From the IMG/VR virus record IMGVR_UViG_3300043409_000928, positions 124,001 to 188,000 of that record: a DNA stretch of 64,000 nt. The stretch is one strand, 5' to 3'. Both the position numbers and the translations under genes were made by a program. The notes below the pieces were generated by a model. That model did not search any database. It was not told the origin of the DNA and worked only from the letters and a program-made list of their open reading frames with translations. Shown here one piece after another: positions 9,717-19,200 of this stretch (positions are counted from its first letter, which is position 1; each line of letters starts with the position of its first letter).

Positions 9717-10097
9717 ATGCCAATATTCACATCAAAATTTAGGGGTTATAGCTCAGTTGGGACTAGTTTTCTTAGTCCAACTCGATATGACATGGACCTA
9801 GCAAAACAAGACTTAATGAATCATTTTAACACTCGTAAGGGCGAGCGTGTGATGATGCCTGAGTTTGGTAGTATAATTTGGGATCTGTTATTTGAACCGT
9901 TGGATGATCAAACTAAAAAATTAATTGATGAAGATGTTCGTCAAGTTATCAAAAATGACCCACGCTGGCAACTAATTTCAGTAACAATATCTGAAGCACC
10001 CAATGCACTTAACCTTGAAGTTATAATGACATATTTGCCAGCAGATGAGACAGTACAATTACCCCTGATCTATAACAAAGGAACTAATACAGTATGA
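9717..10097 (+). CDS. 25: Baseplate wedge gp25-like
   Basis: TRKGERVMMPEFGS..WDLLFEP; start moved to ATG 9717. Confidence 0.9.
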   Translation: MPIFTSKFRGYSSVGTSFLSPTRYDMDLAKQDLMNHFNTRKGERVMMPEFGSIIWDLLFEPLDDQTKKLIDEDVRQVIKNDPRWQLISVTISEAPNALNLEVIMTYLPADETVQLPLIYNKGTNTV

Positions 10098-13000
10098 GCC
10101 AATCTCGACGCCTTGGTCAACTAAACGCCGCTGAAAGTTGGCTGAATAATTACCGATACTTAACAAATGCAAACTTTAAGGCCTACGACTTTGATAGTCT
10201 TAGAGCCGCATTGTTATTGCATATACAAACAAATTACCCAGAAGATTTTAACGACTTTATTAACTCAAGTGAATATGTTGGTTTAATTGATCTAATGGCA
10301 TTTATTGGACAAAACTTAGCATTCAGAAGTGATTTGAATCTTCGCGAAACTTTTCTTGAAACTGCTGAAGTACGAGGCAATGTATTAAGTATTGCCCGTC
10401 AACTTGGCTATAAGCCATTCCGCAATGGCGGTGCTTCAGGATTCTTAAGACTTAAGGCAATTAATACCACACAAAATATCTATGATAGCAAAGGAAACAA
10501 CTTGGCTGGGCAGACCATTGTTTGGGGTGATCCTCTAAATTATGATTTTAGCGAACAGTTTATTACAATTATCAATCAGGTGTTGAATAAATCCAATCCA
10601 GTTGGACGCCCTATCAGTAGCATTGTTGACAACGGCACAATTCGTCAATTGTATCAAGTTGACCAGCTGGAAAACAGAACAATGGTCGAAACATTAGGCC
10701 TACCATCAAGAAATAACACAACCTATCCATGTGAAATTATTCCAGTAAACATTGACGTAGACACACAGCTTTCAATTGAAAGCGAACCAAATCCCTACGG
10801 TTATCTGTCAATGTTGTTCAACAACGACGGTACTGGATATGCAAATACTGGCAATGGATGGTTCTTTATGTTCAAGCAAGGTAGTTTGAAATTTGAGGAT
10901 TATGTAATTACCGACTTGGTTGAAAATCGTGTGATTGACATTCAAACAGATAATATCAACGAAACAGATATCTGGGTACAAAGTATTGACGGCGATGGCC
11001 GCATATTGAGTACATGGACACCAGTTCCAAGTACCGTAGGTAAAAATATTATATTCAACGGTGTTGATAAAGACAACAGAAACCTTTATGAAGTAATTAC
11101 TAGAGAAAACGATTCCGTATCTATTAAATTTGGAGACGGTACATTTTCAAATATACCAACAGGTAACATTCGTGTTTGGTTCCGTCAAAGTGCAAACGAG
11201 TCTGTAATATTCAGCCCATTGGATGTAGCCGGAACACAAATTGCATTACGCTACCTTGACAGCACAGGAGCTTCACAAGATCTAATTTGTACATTAGAGT
11301 TAACAGATATTTCAGCCAGCACTCCAACCGAAACGCTATCACAAATTAAAAATCGTGCAAGTCGTACAGCAGCCAGTCAAGAACGAATGATCACTGCAAG
11401 TGATTATAATGTGTATCCTGAAGGAAAAGTAGGTGGCATAGACAAAATTAAAGCGGTCAATAGAACACATGCTGGTCAAAGCTTGTTTACAGACTTTCAA
11501 GATCCAACTGGAACCTATCGTCCTGTGATTTCACTTGCTGATGATGCATTTATATACTCAACTGAAATTATTCAACAATACACAGTCAATGGAGATATGG
11601 GCAAAGAAGAAGTGTTTTCGTGGATGGAGAATCTCTTGCTAGAAAGAGGAATTCACCAGTTATACTACAGAAAATATCAAACGGTTATGCCTATAGACAT
11701 AGTATATTGGATGAATACAGATTCTGCAAATAGCGCAAGCCACGGATATTTTACACTGGACGACGGCACAGGTTTGCCATTGAGAATTGGCAAAGGTAAC
11801 CCAGACCTGCTGTATAGAACTATCAAGAAAAATACTCTTATTAAGACAATTGATGGCAAATGGTCTAAGATTTTAGATGTTTATAGAGAAGGGTTTGGCC
11901 TTACCGACAACACAGGAACTAATACAGGACTTCGTGCAAACGGTCAAGGCGCGATATTTTTAAATACTATCATTGACGCAGACGCACCGTTGCGAGTAAC
12001 TGAATGGTTCCCGTCGTTACGTAGCATTTTTGCACCAACAGAAAAAATAGAAATTTTAAGAGAGTTAGAAAGTTTTCGTTCATTTGGACTGCGATACGAT
12101 CAAACTTTTGATCGCTGGCGCATAATTCGTGCAGACAATATTGATACTAGCAACAACTTTAGTTTAACTCGTGCAGGGGACAATACAAATCAATCACTTG
12201 ATGCCAGTTGGCTAATCCGTATGGATTATGATACTTTAACAGGTATTTGGAATGCAACTACTCGTAAAGATCAAACGGTACTTGGAAGTGTTAACCAACT
12301 TGCATTTTATAATCAGCGATTTGGCAAAGGCATTGATCAAAGTGCTAGAAAAATTATTACCGACCATATTAAGATTTTAAAAATCAATGAAGATATCACT
12401 GAAGAGCTTGAGCTAGACATTGCAGATTATTTTAAATTAGACGATGGCCGTTACGATTCAAACAGAGTTATATTGTGGATGCCTGGTATGGCCCACGGGC
12501 TAGTCCCCAATGATCCTTATATAATTAATAAACTCCTTGGCACCCGAACCCTTATGTTGGAACGATTGCCTTACCTGGATGCAGTTGGACAGTATACACT
12601 GAAACCAGTTGCTGGCGAAACTACAAATACTAAAGTTGGACCGTTGTCTGGCAGACAAGGCATTAAGATTCAATACAACCATGTGCCATTGAGAGATACA
12701 CGAGTAAATGCAACAACAACAAATATCATGGACATGTTTGTTCTAACTAGTGAATATAACGCTACCTTTAGAACATGGGTTGCTGGTGGCGCTCGGACCC
12801 GACAGGAACCTCTGGCATTAGATTCTTACAGCCTTGGTGTGTTAATGGCAGATATTATTCCTTATAAAAGTGTAAGCGATACAATCATTTTCCACCCTGT
12901 TAAGTATAAGATTATTTTTGGGCCAACTAGTACTTTAAGAAACCAAGTAAAAATTCGTGTAACCAAAACAGATGGAACAAAGATCAGCGATGCTGAAATA

Positions 13001-13273
13001 CGCTCGCGTGTCATTCAATCAATCAATGATTACTTTAGTGTTGACAACTGGGATTTTGGAGAATCATTCTTCTTCACCGATATGGCATCCTGGGTGCATA
13101 CACAGTTAAATGGTATGATTACAAGCATTGCATTAATACCTCGACAAAACGGTCTAACACCAAACGACATGTTTCAAATTCGTTGCGAAGACGATGAGCT
13201 TTTAATTAGTAGCGCCACAGTAAGTGATGTCGAAGTTATTAACAGCACTATGTCTATTACAACAAGCGTTTAA
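10094..13273 (+). CDS. 6: Baseplate wedge gp6-like
   Basis: DFDSLR...DFNDF...LETA...ARQLGYKP; FGDG; TASDY motifs. Confidence 0.88.
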   Translation: MSQSRRLGQLNAAESWLNNYRYLTNANFKAYDFDSLRAALLLHIQTNYPEDFNDFINSSEYVGLIDLMAFIGQNLAFRSDLNLRETFLETAEVRGNVLSIARQLGYKPFRNGGASGFLRLKAINTTQNIYDSKGNNLAGQTIVWGDPLNYDFSEQFITIINQVLNKSNPVGRPISSIVDNGTIRQLYQVDQLENRTMVETLGLPSRNNTTYPCEIIPVNIDVDTQLSIESEPNPYGYLSMLFNNDGTGYANTGNGWFFMFKQGSLKFEDYVITDLVENRVIDIQTDNINETDIWVQSIDGDGRILSTWTPVPSTVGKNIIFNGVDKDNRNLYEVITRENDSVSIKFGDGTFSNIPTGNIRVWFRQSANESVIFSPLDVAGTQIALRYLDSTGASQDLICTLELTDISASTPTETLSQIKNRASRTAASQERMITASDYNVYPEGKVGGIDKIKAVNRTHAGQSLFTDFQDPTGTYRPVISLADDAFIYSTEIIQQYTVNGDMGKEEVFSWMENLLLERGIHQLYYRKYQTVMPIDIVYWMNTDSANSASHGYFTLDDGTGLPLRIGKGNPDLLYRTIKKNTLIKTIDGKWSKILDVYREGFGLTDNTGTNTGLRANGQGAIFLNTIIDADAPLRVTEWFPSLRSIFAPTEKIEILRELESFRSFGLRYDQTFDRWRIIRADNIDTSNNFSLTRAGDNTNQSLDASWLIRMDYDTLTGIWNATTRKDQTVLGSVNQLAFYNQRFGKGIDQSARKIITDHIKILKINEDITEELELDIADYFKLDDGRYDSNRVILWMPGMAHGLVPNDPYIINKLLGTRTLMLERLPYLDAVGQYTLKPVAGETTNTKVGPLSGRQGIKIQYNHVPLRDTRVNATTTNIMDMFVLTSEYNATFRTWVAGGARTRQEPLALDSYSLGVLMADIIPYKSVSDTIIFHPVKYKIIFGPTSTLRNQVKIRVTKTDGTKISDAEIRSRVIQSINDYFSVDNWDFGESFFFTDMASWVHTQLNGMITSIALIPRQNGLTPNDMFQIRCEDDELLISSATVSDVEVINSTMSITTSV

Positions 13274-13281
13274 GGTAACAA

Positions 13282-16200
13282 ATGGCTAAGAATCCTAAAA
13301 AATTAAATCCAATTGATCCATTGATTAAAACATGGCCAGGCCAATCGTTAAACACGGGAGTTGTTCCTGCCACAACTGATCTACTTCCTGGCATTTTTAG
13401 AACTGACACCAATAAGAAAGTTATTAGTGCAATCATGGAAGACTTATTTCAACCTGCGTCTTTAGAAACACTAAACTTTTTAGTTGGAAGAAATACATCC
13501 AGAAGCAAAGACAATAACTTTTTACCACATCCAACTGCCCGTCGCCAATTAGAAGCTGGTCTTGTTGTATTCACCAATGATGGTGTTGAGACTTTAAGTG
13601 CTGACGATGTTGCTAGAGGTTGGGAATTTAACAACAGAGAAAATGAATTACCTGTTCCATTGGGAGTATTAAATTTACCTATTGATCCAGATAAATTTGT
13701 GAACTGGTCTGATTATTATTGGATTGAAGAAGGCATGCCTTCTGTTAACGTAACAGGCGGCACCCAAGAACAATACTACGACATCAGTAGAGACATTGTT
13801 GGCAGCAGATATTATACACTTCCTATACAGCGCAACGGCCGCGCACTAGAATTAAAAAATGGCATGCGTTTGATTTTCCAACAGCATCCATTCCAAACAG
13901 GTATTGCCGCAGACGAACGCATTGCCTATGTTTCAACTGGTGCAATGGCTGACTCATTGCATTTTGAATTACTAGGATACGATAAACAACTTATTAGCAT
14001 TAGTGTCACTACTGACAGTATTGACGAAGTTACAAACTTACCAATCAGGAAAACCATCCAGCAAGTACAAGGCACGGACTATAGTATCTATGGCAATGAA
14101 ATACAATGGATTGTTAGACCAACAGTAGGCGACAATATCCATGTATTTCTATTAGATTACTATCTGACCAGAGATGACTACAAGCAAATGCGTGTCTGGC
14201 AAGTAGAAGGCGTTGGATCAGAAAAAGGTATTCGATTATTAGGCCGCTCTCACCAAATAACAAATACTGTTTATAGTAAAATAACACAAGGCCTTTGGGA
14301 TCAAACTGCAATACCATGGGACCGCATTGAATGGGATGGCAACATCTTGGGTATCAATGCAAAACATTATGTACTACAAAAAGTAGGTGCAGAAAATAGA
14401 AACGCACACAGCCGAGTTAATGTATGGTATCACAAGGATACCATACAGACTTTAGCAACCTTCTTAGACATCCCGTTTAATGACATTGCTAAGCCATCCA
14501 GCAAGGGTCTTCGCCCAATCTTGGAATTTGATCACAGACTGGAATTATGGAATCATGGAAAGACATATCGTCCATGGGTCAACAGTGTTGAGTCTAGTAA
14601 GTCGTCTCCAAACACGTATGTGGGAATGCCTTTAAAAGAATTTAGCATTGAACAAAAGATTGCAAATGAAGATACACTTGACTATCAATTGAATACCGCT
14701 CCACGAATCTTATGGTTAACAACAAATAGTACTGTTGTTAACAAAATTATCAATTTTATTTCAGAAGACGGTGTTATTACTGGCTATTTTGTCGAGACTG
14801 CAAATGCAGATGATGCAGTGGTTGTGGCTAATCCTTTTTATGTCAGCGGCCTTTCGTACACTGAATACTATTGGTTACCAACTGGCGAAGCAAGATTGGC
14901 CAACTACAGAAAAACTAGAACCACTCATCCTCTGTTTGAATTATACAGTAGAGATGGTATAAAATTAAGTGATCCTGCCAGCACTACTACAGGAACTCGA
15001 CCAGGAGTTGTTAACAGTACAATTATACAATTAGCATCAAATGGAGATACAGTAGATAACGAATCAGGTTATAAATTGAAATTTTTAACTAGTCAATTCA
15101 ATCAACTAAGCGAAGGCAACATTGCTAAAAATGCAATGTATGATATCTCATATGAATTTACTCAACAGGTTTATGCTGTATATTTTGAAGCGGGTGCGGC
15201 CAAGACCGTGCCAGGCCCGTATTCGTATAGAATTATACAAGGTAAGCCGCTTGAATACGAACTTAGTAACGGTTGGAAAAGGGCATGGTTTAGATTAAAG
15301 TCATGGGCAATTCGACGCATTGATATAACAGGCGATACTGTTATCCCACTTGATACCACAATGTGGCCAACATATAACTGGGGAATTTCTCCAATTGCCG
15401 GAGAAGCAAAATTTATTCATCTGGACGACTTTAAACCGGTGGTTGAAAATTGTGCAGTTGTTGCTCGCGGCGAGTTGGCCATATTTGATATGTACTTCCC
15501 GCTGGTCTCGTCTGTAATTGTTAACTTTGGCTCGGCTGAAATTGAACTCGATGTAGTCAACGGCAAACTCGAATTTGTAGTGCCATCAACAGCTAGCGAT
15601 ATATGTACAATCAGCTGGCTCAATAATAAATTAACTTTCAGAGTAATTGAAACCTATCAAGATCCGAGAAATGTAAAAGTCAAATTGAACGGCCTTCCAG
15701 CAGAGTATGAGTTTAATGTAGTAAGAGCAGGCACTGACATATTATCTGTGTCGCTGGTTATGACCGGCACAGGCACAATAGATATAATGCATCAGGGCAA
15801 CAGAGTAGAAACTGATATTTTAACAGCCATTCCAGGATTTGATCTTAATGCAGACCAGCTGACGGGTTTTGGCAATGTTGCATTGTCTACTTCTTCACTT
15901 TCTGTTGGTCGACTAGTTGGTGGGCTACAAGCAGAAATTGAAGCAACCAAAAGAAAAGGTCAGTCATGGATTGATTGTATGGCAGTTGGAGCAATGAGTG
16001 GCATATTGATGGCACAACACAGTTCTATCCGTGCCGCCTGGGCTACTTTTAAATTAAACCCGTCGTTGGACAAATTACTAATTGCAAGATCAATGGCATC
16101 ATGGCGCTGGTATCGTCGATTTATCAACAAGCTAGAAGAAAGTTTAACAATTTTAGATTTAGACAACACAACTACTGCATCTGCGCTAGATAGGATACTA

Positions 16201-19200
16201 GAAGAATTACTACTGGGAACCAATTACAGTTCAACTGATGCAGTCACTGGCATGGCATTTACTACCAACGGAATGCTACCAACGGAATATAATGTTACTG
16301 TGTTGCAGTCACGCTTTGCACTGGCATCACTGCTAGAGACTGGTATAAATGGAAACGACCATGTATATTTTTACTTGAATGGCCAACTATTAAAGAACAG
16401 AGTTGATTACACATTTGATACTGTATCAAATGAAGTAGTTTTAAAACTGCCTGCATCCGTTGGAAGCACAGTTACAATATTTCAGGCCAATGAAGCAGAT
16501 GTGTTTACCGCTATTCCAGCAAGCCCTGCCAAGTTAGGTCTTTCTGGAGTATACGAGCCTAAGATTGTTGTTGAAGCATGGGGAGATGAAACTAGAACAT
16601 TAATACAAAGACACGATGGTTCTAGGATAACAGCATATACACCGCCAGATGAATCAACAGTTGAAAATTATATTCTTAATAAGATTATTCTTGAATTTGA
16701 AACACGGGTATTCAATGGTATTATAAAAACAGTAGGCGACATTGGCGTACAACTTCAAGTCAACAATTTTAACAATAAAGATCCGTTAGAAGCACTGGCA
16801 AGGGCACAACTTGAATGGTATTCTACTAACAGTATTAATTTTAGAGATCGTTCAGATTTTAAACTGACAGATCCATGGACATGGAACTATAGTGGATACA
16901 GTTGGAGAGGCATGTACATTAACTATTTTGGAACATACAATCTAAATACAGCACCGTGGGAATCGCTAGGTTATAGTATTATGCCAGCATGGTGGGATAG
17001 TCATTATTCGTGGACTGACGCAGGCAAGCGAGCTAGCTTAGAATTTGCATTGCAAAATGGTATTACAAGCAGTCCTGCAGATGCATTAACAATTAACCCT
17101 GCGTTTGTTCGCAATGTTGATTCTTTCCCAGTTGGCACAGATGGAAAGTTATTGGATCCAGTAATCTGGGGAATTGATGCACCAACAGCAGACGAAGCCG
17201 AACAGCCTTGGGAAATTGGTTCTTGGGGAACTGCTGAAACAGCATGGAGAAGAAGCATTGCCGGAGCATGGGCCGGTGTGCTATATGCTGTCAATGACTA
17301 CGCATACCTGAGCGAGTTTTTTGACAGCTCAGTTGATCCGTTCTCTATGCAATTGCAATTTGATAATGATAGTGTTAAACCTAAAAGCTTTAATTCTATG
17401 AGTCCAAGTCAATTCTTTCAAGACCGCCCAACAGTTGGCATAGGTGCAGTGATATTTGAAGCTTATAGAGAATTTAATTTAATTGGCGAAACTCCACTAA
17501 TTGATCTGATGTCAATTAACATTCGTGTCGGATTTGGCATAGGTGGATTTAGCGACAATGATTTCACATTAAAAATGCCATTTGCTAAATTTCAAATTGG
17601 TAGTTATGTACCGGACGAAGATGTATTAATGACTCTAAGCGAAGGCGTAGCATTGCCAGCATTACGATACACTGCGGTTCGCATTGAAAAAGACAATGAA
17701 GGTTTCAGAGTCTATGGATTTGATCCAGGCCAACGCTACTTTACTATTTTTCAGCCATCTACTCGTAGTAGCACTGGCAATTTTCCAAGTACACGACAAC
17801 AACTGGTAACAAGCTATGGTACTTTTATAGAATACTTAGAATGGGACCAAGCTGGGACTGTGGTACCGTATGGACAGCTTGTTTCAAACAAACAGGACCT
17901 GTTGACATTCTTACTGGGCCTAGGGGAATTTCAAGCCAGCAAGGGACTGATGCTGGATCAAATTAACGATCGAGGAACAGTTACCACATGGAAGCAGGCT
18001 GCAATTGACGCATTTGCATGGATTGAAGAAAATTGGGGTGACCGTCACTACTGTGTGGTTGGTGTTGCAACCAATGATGGTTTAAAGTTTTATCACGAAA
18101 GAGGTATGCTAGACAGGCTTGACAGTGAAGTAGGACAAAGCGGTAAAATTTTATTCAACTCGGGCAGATCGGCTCTTGCAAATGAAATTCTAATCACACG
18201 CGAGTATGAGCCTAATGTGGATAAAATTTCTCCGGCAAGCGATGAACAAATTGTGTTTGCTGATATTAGATTGCGCGAATATGAACATGTAGTTTATATC
18301 AATAGAAGAACTAAGTTCAGCGATACCATTGTTGACTTCTTAACAGGAGCAAGACTTGATAGTTTAAAATTCTCTGGTCGTAGGTCATACGCTTGGACAG
18401 GCCGCCCCAACGCCCGAGGCCTAATTCCAAATGAAACCGGAATTGTGCCCAGTTTTGATGCAATAGTATCTGACATCATTGAAAGTCATAAACCTGAATC
18501 AAGCGCATTTGATGGGTTCAAGAGTCGTGTGTCGCGAGCAAACTCAGTGCCGTCTAAGGACACAGTTGTATTTGATATTATACAAGATCCCAATGCGGCA
18601 TTTTTATATAGACAAGGTTTACAAACAGCATCTGGTACCAACTTGGCAATTGATGCATTATTTAGAAATGTAAATTTTGATATTCCAGGTCGTCTACAAG
18701 ATGTAAGTGTTAACGAACAGTGGATGTTTGATACAGGCAACTATGGTCGCCTTGGTGAACAAAAAATTTGGGAAATTGAATTACGCAAAGAAGATTTTAC
18801 TGGCAATAGACAAATTATTCGATTTAAAGAAGTTAATACAGCAGTAGACTTGCAAGGCGACAATATTATTGATATCATTGGCGTAAATGATCCGCGCTGG
18901 GTTACACGGCCAACCAACTCGGTTGACTTCAGAACCATCTCTCGTAATAACATAACGCTCGAGTATAGCAAACAAAACGGATGGTTACCAAGTGCTGGTA
19001 TTGCCGAGTTAACAGATACCAATATACAAATAGTCACTTTAGATGACCTAAACTATAGTGATTTGCTAGGACTAACAGACATTGCAAATAATGTAACCAA
19101 TACATTAACTACAGGTAAACTATTTGCAATCAGGTCATTCAGCAAATACGGTGATTATGAAGTTGGCGACTATACATGGTATACTGGTATTTTATATCAA